A stretch of DNA of 64,000 bases from Candidatus Latescibacterota bacterium (GCA_965242865.1 CBDETK010000013.1:2784001-2848000), one strand, 5' to 3'. Shown: positions 1 through 9,634, counted from the stretch's first letter. Notes: generated by a model not told the origin, from the sequence alone. Numbers and translations: made by a program.

Positions 1-554
1 CGCACGGAATGCTCGTCCTGAGTCCGCGGGCGGTCGAGCGGCTCGTTAGCTTCACGCCGCCTTGGCCCATACCCAAACTCTTCCGCCTGACCCAAGGCAG
101 CCAACTCAACGAGGCACTGTTTAGGGGCGACACCATCAACACGCCTTCCCTGCTGTGCGTGGAAGACGCGGTCGACGGGCTGCGCTGGGCCGAGCGCATC
201 GGCGGCTTGCCCGAACTCGTGCGACGCACCCAGGCCAACCTCGCGGTGCTAGCGCAGTGGGAAGCGGCGCGCGAGTGGATCGCGTTTTTGCCGGTGCGCC
301 CAGCAACTCGTTCTAGCACGTCGATTTGCCTGCGGATCGACGATGCGCGGTATGCAGGCTTGGGCGAGGATGAGCAGCGAGCAAAGGTCAAACAAATGGT
401 CGCCGCGCTGGAAGCTGAAGGCGTGGCCTACGACATCAACGGGTACCGCGCCGCCCCTCCCGGCCTGCGGATCTGGGGCGGAGGTACGGTGGAAACCAGC
501 GACATTGAAGCACTGGTCCCGTGGCTGGATTGGGCGTGGGCCGAGGCGACATGA
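1..554 (+). CDS. serC: Phosphoserine aminotransferase, 3' part (5' end outside window)
   Basis: Frame is open from the window edge: HGMLVLSPRAVERL...NTPSLLCVED...RSSTSICL...YDINGYRAAPPGLRIWGG, typical of the SerC C-terminal half. Confidence 0.88.
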   Translation, partial: HGMLVLSPRAVERLVSFTPPWPIPKLFRLTQGSQLNEALFRGDTINTPSLLCVEDAVDGLRWAERIGGLPELVRRTQANLAVLAQWEAAREWIAFLPVRPATRSSTSICLRIDDARYAGLGEDEQRAKVKQMVAALEAEGVAYDINGYRAAPPGLRIWGGGTVETSDIEALVPWLDWAWAEAT

Positions 555-556
555 AG

Positions 557-1117
557 TCAGCCCAACAGGTCGGCGGCCGCCAGTGTTAGGCCGGCGATGG
601 TTGGCGAAGAGAAGGTGGCGTCGGCTGGGACTTGGGTGCGCTGCTGGTAGGCATGGCCTTGGGGATGGGCGTACACCTCAAGGCAGCGTTCTTGCAGGTC
701 GATCAGCCACATTTCGGGAATCCCGGCCTGCGCGTAGAGCGGGACCTTGACCGCGCGGTCGTAACTGGCCGACGTGTCGGCGACTTCGACCGCCAGCAGC
801 ACATCGCCGGCCGCCGGATGAGCCGTTGCGTAAAAGTCGGCGCGGGGCCGGAGCAATACTAAATCGGGTTCCGGCTCGGAGTACGCGTCGAGGGCGATGG
901 GGTCTTGGACGCCGAGCAGCATGGAATCCCCGACCATTTTTCCCAGCCTCAGATTGAGGCGTTTTACACAAGCGGCGTGTTGGCTGCCAATGGGGCTCAT
1001 GGCGACGATCTGCCCGGCGATAAGCTCAACGCGGTCCTCCTCGGTAAGGATGTCGGCCTCGGCCATGCGATAGTATTCGCCGACCGTGAAGGCGCGACCC
1101 TGCAACTGGGTGGTCAT
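557..1117 (-). CDS. Uma2 (DUF820) family putative endonuclease, copy A
   Basis: Motifs RVELIAGQIVAMSPIGSQH, EPEPD, LAVEVADTS, K..LYA.AGIPE.WLIDL. ATG at 1117 overlaps the upstream stop (ATGA). Confidence 0.88.
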   Translation of the reverse strand: MTTQLQGRAFTVGEYYRMAEADILTEEDRVELIAGQIVAMSPIGSQHAACVKRLNLRLGKMVGDSMLLGVQDPIALDAYSEPEPDLVLLRPRADFYATAHPAAGDVLLAVEVADTSASYDRAVKVPLYAQAGIPEMWLIDLQERCLEVYAHPQGHAYQQRTQVPADATFSSPTIAGLTLAAADLLG

Positions 1118-1686
1118 AGCCGCTGGCACCCCAACAGGTCGGCGGCCCCCAGTGTTAGACCGGCGATGGTCGGCGAGGTGAAGTTCGCGTTGGCTGGGAC
1201 TTGGGTGTGCTGCTGGTAGGCATGGCCTTGAGGATGGGCGTACACCTCAAGGCAGCGTTCTTGCAGATCGATCAGCCACACTTCGGGAATCCCGGCCTGC
1301 GCGTAGAGCGGCACCTTGACCGCACGGTCGTAGCTGGCCGACGTGTCGGCGACTTCGACCGCCAGCAGCACATCGCCAGCCGCTGGATGAGCCGCCGCGT
1401 AAAAGTCGGCGCGGGGACGGAGCAATACTAAGTCGGGTTCCGGTTCGGAGTACGCGTCGAGGGCGATGGGGCTTTGCACGCGCACGATGAAAGCTGGCCC
1501 CGGCGGGCGATGCAGTAAGCCGTTGAGCCGATCGACGCAAGCGGCGTGTTGGCTGCCAATGGGGCTCATGGCGACGATCTGCCCGGCGATAAGCTCAACG
1601 CGGTCCTCCTCGGTAAGGATGTCGGCCTCGGCCATGCGATAGTATTCGCCGACCGTGAAGGCGCGACCCTGCGGCTGGGTGGTCAT
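1114..1686 (-). CDS. Uma2 (DUF820) family putative endonuclease, copy B
   Basis: Same motifs; near-identical tandem paralog of copy A except for a central segment. Confidence 0.88.
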   Translation of the reverse strand: MTTQPQGRAFTVGEYYRMAEADILTEEDRVELIAGQIVAMSPIGSQHAACVDRLNGLLHRPPGPAFIVRVQSPIALDAYSEPEPDLVLLRPRADFYAAAHPAAGDVLLAVEVADTSASYDRAVKVPLYAQAGIPEVWLIDLQERCLEVYAHPQGHAYQQHTQVPANANFTSPTIAGLTLGAADLLGCQRL

Positions 1687-1692
1687 GGGGTG

Positions 1693-3093
1693 CTACGGCC
1701 CCTTTTTGTCCGCTGCCTGCAAGCGGTCTGCCGCACCCACCGAGCCGATGTGCAGGGTGTCGTACGCCTGTTGCGAAGTCTCAAACGGCCCCTCGTGCGT
1801 TTTTGAGCCATGCCATTGCAAATTGGTGTACATTGGGTTGGTCGCGCCCGTCTCCCGCTCGCGCTGGGCGATCCAAGCCTCCATCCGCTCCTTCAAGGCA
1901 GCCGCGATCGCCGGCTCTTTCTTGGCCAAGTTTTTCAGCTCCAGCGGATCGGCGACCAAGTTGTAGAGCTCGGCTTCGGGCTTGAAGTGAAAGTCCGGCT
2001 CTAGCGCGACCATCAGCTTCCACTCCGGGGTGCGCCAGCCGTGCTTGCGCATCCAAGTGCATTCGGTGATGTAAAAGTCCGAGTAGTTGGAAGCCTTGCG
2101 GCCCGCGATCAGGGGCAGCAGCGACTGGCCGTCGAATGCGATGTCCGTGCGGATGTTGAGGAGCTTGAGTACGGTGGGAACCAAGTCTTGGTGCAGCGCG
2201 ATGCCCGCGACGCGCTTGCCGGCGGGCAACTTGCCGGGCAGGCGCATGATCAGCGGCACGTGCAGCGTGTTTTCGTAGAGACCGTGGTGGTCGTACCAGC
2301 ATTCGTGCTCGTACAAGGTCTCGCCGTGATCGCCGTTGATGACGATTAAGGTGTTGTCGCTCAAGCCCAACTCCTCGACGCGGGTGAGGATGCGCTGAAT
2401 GCAGGCGTCCATATAGGCGATGGCCCCGTCGTACTGGGCATCCACGTAGTGGCGGTCGCGCACCCCGGGCGGCATCCAATCGGCGAAGAAGTCGCAAAAG
2501 GGCTTGAAGCGAAACACCGGCTCCATGCTCTCGTTTTTGGGGTCGAATTCGTCGCCGCTGTAAAACATCCGCTCAAAGGGGGCCGGCGGCAGATAGGGGG
2601 CGTGCGGGTCCATGTGGCGCAAGAAGAGGAAGAAAGGCTTCTTCGAGCGCGCGAGCCGCTCTAGCTCGGGGAGGGCGACTTGGTTGAGGTTTTCGGCCTT
2701 GGGGCTACGGCCTTCGGCAAAGGAACCCCAACTTGGGTAATCCAAATAGCGGCTAAAGCCCCGCGAACTTGGGTTGCCCGTGAAGCCGACGCACGAGGTG
2801 TTGTAGCCGCTTCGGCGGAGGATCTCGGGCAGGGTGCGGAGCTTTTTGGGCAGGCCGCCTCGGTGGCGCAGGGCCACGACGCTAGTGCCGAAGCAGTCGA
2901 GGCCGGTGAGCATGGAGGCGTAGGCCGAAGTCGTGGGAATGTGGGCCGAGTAGTTCTTTTCAAAGAGCACGGCGGCGGCGGCAAAGCGGTCGATGTGGGG
3001 CGTGGTCTGGCGGTGGTAGCCATAGCAGCTTAGGTGATCGGCGCGCAGGCTGTCGATGCCTAAGATAATGACATTGGTCTTTTTGGCTGGCAT
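1693..3093 (-). CDS. Sulfatase-like hydrolase (alkaline phosphatase superfamily)
   Basis: NVIILGIDSLRADHL, DPHAPY, GDHGE, HVPLIM, ELYNL..DP.E. Nucleophile motif is non-canonical (HIPTTSAY). Confidence 0.85.
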   Translation of the reverse strand: MPAKKTNVIILGIDSLRADHLSCYGYHRQTTPHIDRFAAAAVLFEKNYSAHIPTTSAYASMLTGLDCFGTSVVALRHRGGLPKKLRTLPEILRRSGYNTSCVGFTGNPSSRGFSRYLDYPSWGSFAEGRSPKAENLNQVALPELERLARSKKPFFLFLRHMDPHAPYLPPAPFERMFYSGDEFDPKNESMEPVFRFKPFCDFFADWMPPGVRDRHYVDAQYDGAIAYMDACIQRILTRVEELGLSDNTLIVINGDHGETLYEHECWYDHHGLYENTLHVPLIMRLPGKLPAGKRVAGIALHQDLVPTVLKLLNIRTDIAFDGQSLLPLIAGRKASNYSDFYITECTWMRKHGWRTPEWKLMVALEPDFHFKPEAELYNLVADPLELKNLAKKEPAIAAALKERMEAWIAQRERETGATNPMYTNLQWHGSKTHEGPFETSQQAYDTLHIGSVGAADRLQAADKKGP

Positions 3094-3135
3094 TAGATCC
3101 TCTCGATTTGGGGTAGGGATTGGAAGGCAGGAGGG

Positions 3136-3549
3136 CTATTGGAGGACCGCGCCCGGCCACTGATCGTCGCTGGCCGTTACGTCCACGGTAATGCCGTCTG
3201 GGTCTTCGACCTTGAAGGCCCCTTCGCGGATGTCGTGGACATCAATCGGCTCTTTGCCGTCCAAGCCATCGGAAAAAATTTCATAGCCCATCTCCAACAG
3301 GCGCCGACCGGCCTCTGCGAGGTCGGGCACTCGCACGCCGATGTGGAGGTAGTCGAGCATCCCGCTGACGTGCGGGGGGCGGCTCGGGCCGTGGTGCTGG
3401 AAAACTCGGAAGTTGTGGTGGCCGTCGCTGAGGTCGTAGCAACTCCCGTGGGTCGAGACCACGGGCAGGCCGAGGCCATCGCGCCAAAAGCGAATAGTCT
3501 TTTCGAGGTCTGTGGCCCGGACGCCAATGTGGACGAGTACCGTACTCAT
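3136..3549 (-). CDS. VOC (glyoxalase-like) family protein
   Basis: HIGVRATDLEKTIRFWRDGLG, HIGVRVPDL, DPDGITVDV; AAGGAG RBS before ATG 3549. Confidence 0.85.
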   Translation of the reverse strand: MSTVLVHIGVRATDLEKTIRFWRDGLGLPVVSTHGSCYDLSDGHHNFRVFQHHGPSRPPHVSGMLDYLHIGVRVPDLAEAGRRLLEMGYEIFSDGLDGKEPIDVHDIREGAFKVEDPDGITVDVTASDDQWPGAVLQ

Positions 3550-3776
3550 GGCTTTTCTCCTTTCTCGTAGGCTTGCAGCCATATTAGTCCCCATAATCTA
3601 ATAAACAAATCACCGTGCGACACTATCGCGTTTGCTGGCCGCGATCTTCATTTGTTTAATTGTGCTTTAATAGAAATTTATTAAGCTGAAAAAGTTTTTT
3701 TATATCAATAAGTTATTGTTTTTTGGCCAGATGGGAAAATCCCGGTAAAATGGGGCGAAAAAAAGGGGCCGATTTC

Positions 3777-3805
3777 TTGACTTCTACACAAATGTTTACT
3801 ATCTT
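3777..3805 (+). promoter_or_regulatory. Putative sigma70 promoter for the HTH-ssb unit
   Basis: TTGACT-17 nt-TATCTT in an AT-rich divergent intergenic region. Confidence 0.5.
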
Positions 3806-3856
3806 TTTGTGCAGGTAATTTCGCTATCTCATCTAACCTTGCCCAAAAGGAAAGTT

Positions 3857-4066
3857 ATGCCGCCTATCGCAAAAGACCGCATCGAACGCGCTGCGCGCAT
3901 ATATGCCAGCAACCACGACGCCGGCTCGGCCTTGGGCATTGCCCCGGGCAGCTTCAGCCGCCTCTGCCGTCGCTACGGCATCGAGACGCCCCAAGCGCGC
4001 AAGCGCCGTCAGCGCAGCGAGTGGAAGCAGGATTATCTCAGCCTGCACAACCAAAAGGAGCAGTAA
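3857..4066 (+). CDS. Small helix-turn-helix protein
   Basis: 69 aa with an HTH-like stretch ([22 protein letters not shown]); AAAGGAAAG RBS; ends 1 nt before ssb. Confidence 0.6.
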   Translation: MPPIAKDRIERAARIYASNHDAGSALGIAPGSFSRLCRRYGIETPQARKRRQRSEWKQDYLSLHNQKEQ

Positions 4067-4067
4067 T

Positions 4068-4484
4068 ATGTCGAGTCTCAACAAGGTTTTACTCATCGGC
4101 AACTTGGGGTCTGATCCCGAGACGCGCTTTACCCCCAGCGGCGCACAGGTTGCCAACTTCAGCTTGGCCACCAGCGAGTCGTGGAACGACAAGAACGGGC
4201 AGCGCCAAGAGCGCACCGAGTGGCATCGCATCGTCTTGTGGCAGCGCCTCGCCGAAATCGCTGGTCAGTACCTAAAAAAGGGCAGCAAAATTTACATTGA
4301 GGGCAAGCTGCAAACGCGCTCTTGGGAAGATCAGCAGGGCCATAAGCGTCAGACCACAGAAGTCGTCGCCAGCACCATGAAAATGCTCGGCGCAGAGCGG
4401 CCCGCCGAGGCCGCTGCGGAAAACGGCCACGCCCACGCCGCCACGCCAGCGGCCGGTCCCAACGGCGACGATCTGCCCTTCTAG
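4068..4484 (+). CDS. ssb: Single-stranded DNA-binding protein
   Basis: [36 protein letters not shown]-terminal DDLPF. Confidence 0.97.
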   Translation: MSSLNKVLLIGNLGSDPETRFTPSGAQVANFSLATSESWNDKNGQRQERTEWHRIVLWQRLAEIAGQYLKKGSKIYIEGKLQTRSWEDQQGHKRQTTEVVASTMKMLGAERPAEAAAENGHAHAATPAAGPNGDDLPF

Positions 4485-4575
4485 CCGCGGTCGAGTTGAC
4501 GCTTGGGCGAGATGTATTAGCTTGGGTCGCGGTCCGCAAAGGATGCGCGGCCATTTTTTACGAAACGGAGCAACC

Positions 4576-5412
4576 ATGGCGTTTGAACTCAACGCACCGA
4601 GCAAGATAAAGAGCATAACGAGCGCGTACACCGGTCCGCGGTTTCGCGACGGGCGGCCCAAAGTCGATGGCGATGTCGTCGAGCGGATGAAGCGGGTGAC
4701 CATTGAGGAAGCCTGGGGGGTGCTGATGGGCAAGGGGCATTCGTTCCAGTTTGAAGGCGACTGGATCAACCTGCATCCCAGCCGGGTGCTCGTCGGCCGC
4801 GCAGTGACGGCCCGCTACATCCCGCACCGGCCCGACTTCGACGGCGTCGTGCAGGCCGAAGGCGAGCGGCACGGTCGGATCGGCGGTCAGAATAGCTGGG
4901 TCATCGACACCTTGGGTGCCGACGACGTATTGGTCGTCGATCTGTTCGGCAAGGTGCTGCGCGGGACCTTTATCGGCGACAATCTCGGCACGGCGATCGC
5001 GGCCAACACCGGCGGGACGGGCCTGATCGTCGATGGCGGCATCCGCGACGATCACCGCGTGCGCAAGCTGCCGATCAACGTGCTCTGTAAAGGGCTGCAT
5101 CCCTCGGCAATCGGCGAAGTGACCATGGCCGAGATCAACGGCCCGGTGCGCGTAGGGGCCGCGACCTGTATGCCGGGCGATGTCGTGCTGGCGACCCCCA
5201 CGGGCGCGATTTTCGTGCCGCCGCAATACGCCCGCGAAGTCGTGGAGTCCTCCGAAAACACTCGCCTGCGCGACTATTGGGGCAAGAAGAGCATTGCCGA
5301 CGGCCGCTACACGCCCGGAGAGGTGGATCGCAAGTGGTCGCCTACGATGGAAAAGGAATTCGCCAAGTGGCAGAAAACGGCTGACACCGAGGCGATTTTC
5401 GCCGAATTATAG
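4576..5412 (+). CDS. RraA/HMG-aldolase family protein
   Basis: GRAVTA, DVLVVD, IGDNLG, IVDGGIRD, MPGDVV. Confidence 0.8.
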   Translation: MAFELNAPSKIKSITSAYTGPRFRDGRPKVDGDVVERMKRVTIEEAWGVLMGKGHSFQFEGDWINLHPSRVLVGRAVTARYIPHRPDFDGVVQAEGERHGRIGGQNSWVIDTLGADDVLVVDLFGKVLRGTFIGDNLGTAIAANTGGTGLIVDGGIRDDHRVRKLPINVLCKGLHPSAIGEVTMAEINGPVRVGAATCMPGDVVLATPTGAIFVPPQYAREVVESSENTRLRDYWGKKSIADGRYTPGEVDRKWSPTMEKEFAKWQKTADTEAIFAEL

Positions 5413-5540
5413 AAATGGGCGAGGCCAATACAGAGGCCCCGGCCCGCTGTCGGACGGATGCTTCCATTGCCGTAGAAGTACGCAGGTTGCGGCTTCTGTG
5501 TTTAGGCTTTTATTTAACGACGGCAAAGAACCTACAATCA

Positions 5541-5604
5541 GGGGCGGCCCCCCGTGCCTGCCCGTTAGAATCCCGTTGGGGCAGGCCCCCGTGCCTGCCC
5601 GTTA
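5541..5604 (+). repeat. Tandem REP-like palindromes
   Basis: GGGGCGGCCCCCCGTGCCTGCCCGTTA (5541-5567) and GGGGCAGGCCCCCGTGCCTGCCCGTTA (5578-5604). Confidence 0.65.
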
Positions 5605-6146
5605 CAGCGGCCCACTTGGGGTTGGCGAATGAACGAGACGATGATTAAGCATTTCATATCAGGCAGGGGCCTTGCTGTGGGGCAAAACCCTGTTGGGTGC
5701 TTGGATTCATCGTCAAATTTAATGTGTCGTAAGTCCTTGAAAAACAACGACTTACCCCCCCCCCCCCCGAAAATTCTCCGCTAGCACCAAGCACTAAACT
5801 CTCTACTTTTCTGCATAGGCCGACGGATCGTGCGCGGCTGTTGGGCGTCGCGTCGGTCTGGCCGCACGACCCCAAACCGCACACGGCCGGTCGGCCTTCG
5901 TCTGTACGCCGTGTACGTAGGCTGGGGCCTATCCAAAGTACCGCCCTAGGGCGAGCCCGGCCGCGCCATTCCCTTCTTCCTCACGATACGACCCACCACT
6001 CGCCTTCCAAAGAGCGCGGGCATCCTGTCCTCGTCGAAGGCGAGACGCCCTCCAGCCCGGATTCACCGAGAACAGCAGAAAAGGCGTTCGCAAAGTAGGG
6101 GGTCGTGTACTCAGTCCTTCTTCCAACCCATACAAAGGAGCAAAAA

Positions 6147-7793
6147 ATGTCTTCGTTGAAATCTATGAAAACCCTGTTTGCGTTCGTCCTTTTGGGCATC
6201 GTCGCTACTTGGACGGGCTGCTCAGACTCCGCGCCGGTGGCCTCTCGGCCAGCCGGCAAAGCCACCTGTTCCTTGTGCGAGTTCTTGGGCGACGACGCCT
6301 ACACCGCTACCGACGGGCTGCCCGCCCCCGAAAGCCCTGACACCACCCAAACCGACGCCGACGCCGACGCCGATAGCACCGAGACCGACGCTGACGCTGA
6401 CAGCACCCAATCGGCCACCGTGGAGTTTGCCGACGCCAATCTGGAGCGGGCGGTGCGAGAGGCACTGGATCGCCCGCAAGGGACCCTGACCCCGGCCGAC
6501 TTGGCGGCCCTAACCGAACTTGACGCCAGCTATAAAAACATTGAGAGCGTGGCCGGCCTCGAACACGCAACGGCCCTGACAACACTATATCTGCGAGGCA
6601 ACGCGATTACCGATGTGCAGCCGTTGGCCCGCTTGACCAACCTTCAAACGTTGTCGCTGTGGGGGAACAAGGTGGCGGATGCGAGTCCGCTGGCCAGCCT
6701 GATCAGCTTGCGCACGCTGGATATGTGGGGCAACGCGATTACCGACGTGCAGCCGTTAGCGAGCCTAACGAACCTGCAATGGCTCCAGCTAGGAGACAAC
6801 GCGATTGCGGATATCAGTCCCTTGGCGAGCCTGACCAACCTGCAATGGCTGGGCGTGATGGAAAACGCCCTCAGCCAGCACGAGGCCAACCAACAACTCG
6901 CCGCCGCAATCGCAAGCGGCCTCCGCGTCGTAGCGGTACTAGAAAAATACCGCCGCGTCGAAACCGTCCAAGTCTATCCAGAACCGGAACCGACGGGACC
7001 AGTGCCCGCCCTATACTTTACGGACTCTGGCACGAATACGATAAAGCGTGCCAACCTAAATGGCACAGGCGTCCAAGACCTCACCACCGTGGACATGCAA
7101 TTGATTAATCCAACGGGCATCGCGCTGGATTTGACGGGCGGAAAGATGTACTGGGTAGACTGGGGCTCGCATAAAGTTCAGCGTGCCAACCTAAATGGCA
7201 CAGGCGTCCAAGACCTCGTCACGAGATTGGATGTTCCATCGCGCATCGCGCTGGATGTGGTGGGCGGAAAGATGTACTGGACGGAATGGGGCCCGGATCA
7301 TATTCAGTGGGCCGATCTGGATGGCCGAAACGACGAACCCATCGTCACAGGATTGAATAATCCAATAGGCATCGCGCTGGATTTGACGGGCGAAAAGATG
7401 TACTGGGCGGAATTTGGCGCGGGTACTATAAAGCGGGCCAATCTGGATGGCCAAAACGACGAACTCCTCGTCTCAGGATTGACTAATCCAGCGGGCATCG
7501 CGCTGGATTTGGTGAACAAAAACAAAAAGATATACTGGACGGAACAAAACGTGAATACGGGTACTATAAAGCGGGCCGATCTGGATGGCCAAAACGACGA
7601 ACTCCTCGTCTCAGGATTGAATAGTCCAATAGGCATCGAGCTGGATTTGACGGGCAAAAAGATGTACTGGACAACGGCCTCTGGCGTGGGTACTAGTACT
7701 ATAAAGCGGGCCGATCTGGATGGTCAAAACGACGAACTCCTCGTCATCACGGGATTGCAGACGCCAACGGACATCGCGTTAGGTATTCGGTAG
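6147..7793 (+). CDS. Lipoprotein with internalin-type LRRs and LDL-receptor YWTD beta-propeller repeats (eukaryote-like protein)
   Basis: Hydrophobic N-terminus ending WTGC; 22-aa LRRs (L..LTNLQ.L.L..N.I.D..P); about six GIALD..GKMYWT....I.RA.LDG repeats; AAGGAG RBS. Confidence 0.85.
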   Translation: MSSLKSMKTLFAFVLLGIVATWTGCSDSAPVASRPAGKATCSLCEFLGDDAYTATDGLPAPESPDTTQTDADADADSTETDADADSTQSATVEFADANLERAVREALDRPQGTLTPADLAALTELDASYKNIESVAGLEHATALTTLYLRGNAITDVQPLARLTNLQTLSLWGNKVADASPLASLISLRTLDMWGNAITDVQPLASLTNLQWLQLGDNAIADISPLASLTNLQWLGVMENALSQHEANQQLAAAIASGLRVVAVLEKYRRVETVQVYPEPEPTGPVPALYFTDSGTNTIKRANLNGTGVQDLTTVDMQLINPTGIALDLTGGKMYWVDWGSHKVQRANLNGTGVQDLVTRLDVPSRIALDVVGGKMYWTEWGPDHIQWADLDGRNDEPIVTGLNNPIGIALDLTGEKMYWAEFGAGTIKRANLDGQNDELLVSGLTNPAGIALDLVNKNKKIYWTEQNVNTGTIKRADLDGQNDELLVSGLNSPIGIELDLTGKKMYWTTASGVGTSTIKRADLDGQNDELLVITGLQTPTDIALGIR

Positions 7794-7867
7794 TCATGGA
7801 GGTTCACCTGCCCGGCTTGCATGGCGTTGAGGCGACGGGCTAAGGAGCCGAGCGGGAAGGACAGCGA

Positions 7868-7927
7868 CCGCCTCTACGGCTTGTTCAAAACGCCCCAAGG
7901 TAGAATTTGCGGAGCAGACCGCTTCTA
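7868..7927 (+). repeat. Partial copy (right end) of the MITE-like element at 48519-48684
   Basis: CCGCCTCTACGGCTTGTTCAAAACGCCCCAAGG matches 48631-48663; AGAATTTG..CAGACCGCTTCTA is the inverted complement of 48519-48539. Confidence 0.65.
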
Positions 7928-8215
7928 AGGAAAAAGTTTCAGGATCCCTATAATCAGAGTCGCAGCAAAGACAATTCCGCCGATCACTCCCCCCAAGAAC
8001 CAGACCTTTAACTTTGGGATCTCTTCTTTGAGGGCGAGGTGTTTGATCTCGATTTTGAGCTCTTGCACTGCCTCTTTGGTGGCGAGGTATTTGAGGTGGG
8101 TCTCCAATGCCGAAAGACGCTTTTCAGTGTCGCGCCCATTGCCGCGTCCGCTTTCATTGACCGGAACTTCTGGCTCTGCTCGATTCGCATCCTCCTGCGG
8201 CCTCTGTGTGTTCAT
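7925..8215 (-). CDS. Small coiled-coil protein with C-terminal TM helix (DUF1640/XhlA-like)
   Basis: EKRLSALET..LATKE repeats followed by hydrophobic WFLGGVIGGIVFAATLIIGIL; ATGA overlap with the upstream ORF. Confidence 0.65.
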   Translation of the reverse strand: MNTQRPQEDANRAEPEVPVNESGRGNGRDTEKRLSALETHLKYLATKEAVQELKIEIKHLALKEEIPKLKVWFLGGVIGGIVFAATLIIGILKLFP

Positions 8216-8484
8216 ACTTGCTCCTCGGCTTGGCTGAGCCAGTCCCAAAGCGAGCGGGAGGTGAATCCGGCATAATGACCATTCAGCCTAAAAACAACGC
8301 CACTAGCCTCCTCAATGCGGTTTTCTCCCTTGATTCCCACAGAAACCGCGACGTTTTCCGCAATGAAGTCGCTCTGCACGAGAAAACAGGTCTCCGTCAT
8401 TTTATAGGCGGTTGGATACTCTTCGCGGATTCGCTTAGCCACCTCATCGTTCGTCTCCCTCAAGATGATGGCAAACATACTCAT
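8212..8484 (-). CDS. Small hypothetical protein, possibly ferredoxin-like fold
   Basis: 90 aa, GAGGAGG RBS, ends LWDWL; translationally coupled to the next ORF. Confidence 0.6.
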   Translation of the reverse strand: MSMFAIILRETNDEVAKRIREEYPTAYKMTETCFLVQSDFIAENVAVSVGIKGENRIEEASGVVFRLNGHYAGFTSRSLWDWLSQAEEQV

Positions 8485-8537
8485 CGGACTATTGACCTCC
8501 TCTTAGCAACAGATCGGGTGGTTCGCTTTTCTCGCCG

Positions 8538-9626
8538 CTAGCGCGCTAGCCAAGCACTGAAGTGCTCGTTCATCTCGTCCATGTTGTCTCGCCACCAACG
8601 CCAGTCGTTGTGTAGCGCACCCGCCACGTTGGCAGGGGCTGTGGGCATGTGCGGGGCCATCTTTTCGCCGGTCTCGGCGTGGACCGAGATCAGCTCCAGA
8701 CCCGATTTACGCGCCGGCGCGTAGGCGATGAAGCGGCCCACCCCGGCCATGGACTGTGGCCGAGCCGCAAAGGCGAGGAACTTGCGCGCGGCCTCCAAAT
8801 TCGGCGCACCCGCCGCGATGACGAGCTGGCCGGTGTCTAGCACTTGGCCATCCCAGACGATGGTAAACGGCTGCTTTTCCAAAATTTGTGCATTGAAGAT
8901 GCGCCCGTTGTACGCGGTGGTCATCACCACTTCGCGATCGGCGAGCATCTGCGGCGGCTGCGCGCCCGCCTCCCACCAAACCACCTGATCCTTGATGGTG
9001 TCGAGCTTGCGGAATGCGCGGCTGACGCCCTCGGGCGTGGCGAGCGTGGCGTACACCTCCTCGCGGGGCACTCCGTCGGCCATTAGAGCGAACTCCAAGT
9101 TTACGGCCGGTACGCGCCGCATCCCGCGCCGGCCCGGGAACGCCTCTAAGTCGAAAAAGTCGGCGATGGTCTCTGGTTTGCGCTCCTTAAAATGGTCTGA
9201 GTGGTACGCATAGATGGTCGAATAAAACAACGTGCCGAGGCCGCATTCGCCCATAGTTTCCGGGTAAAAGTCGTCCTCCGGGGCTTCGCCATTTGCCCCC
9301 AGCGGCAGTTCAAAGTCCAAGACCTCGAGCAGGCCCTCGTCGCAGCCGGTCATGGCATCGGCGACCTCCATATCTATCACGTCCCAATGCACGGCCCCCG
9401 CATCCACTTGGGCGCGCAGCTGGGCGAGGCCGCCGTTGTAGTCCTCCAAGCGAACTTCAATGCCCGTCTCGGCCGTAAACGCCTCGTGATAGCCTTTTGT
9501 GCAGGCCCGCGCATAGGAACCGCCCCAAGACACCACGGTCAGGTATTCCGCGTTGGCCGCCACAGACCCCAGCAGCGCGACCAACGCACCCGCCCGAGCC
9601 AACCTATTGAACCGAGTTAAACGCAT
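8538..9626 (-). CDS. ABC transporter substrate-binding protein (PotD/PotF-like)
   Basis: Signal peptide, LTVVSWGGSY, DFFDLEAFPGRRG, NLEFALMADGV, AYNGRI. Confidence 0.88.
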   Translation of the reverse strand: MRLTRFNRLARAGALVALLGSVAANAEYLTVVSWGGSYARACTKGYHEAFTAETGIEVRLEDYNGGLAQLRAQVDAGAVHWDVIDMEVADAMTGCDEGLLEVLDFELPLGANGEAPEDDFYPETMGECGLGTLFYSTIYAYHSDHFKERKPETIADFFDLEAFPGRRGMRRVPAVNLEFALMADGVPREEVYATLATPEGVSRAFRKLDTIKDQVVWWEAGAQPPQMLADREVVMTTAYNGRIFNAQILEKQPFTIVWDGQVLDTGQLVIAAGAPNLEAARKFLAFAARPQSMAGVGRFIAYAPARKSGLELISVHAETGEKMAPHMPTAPANVAGALHNDWRWWRDNMDEMNEHFSAWLAR

Positions 9627-9634
9627 AGTACAAC

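Noticed and set aside
6590-7790. Periodic DNA repeats as a CRISPR array
   Set aside because: They are in-frame LRR (66 nt) and YWTD (~130 nt) coding repeats with no unique spacers and no cas genes.
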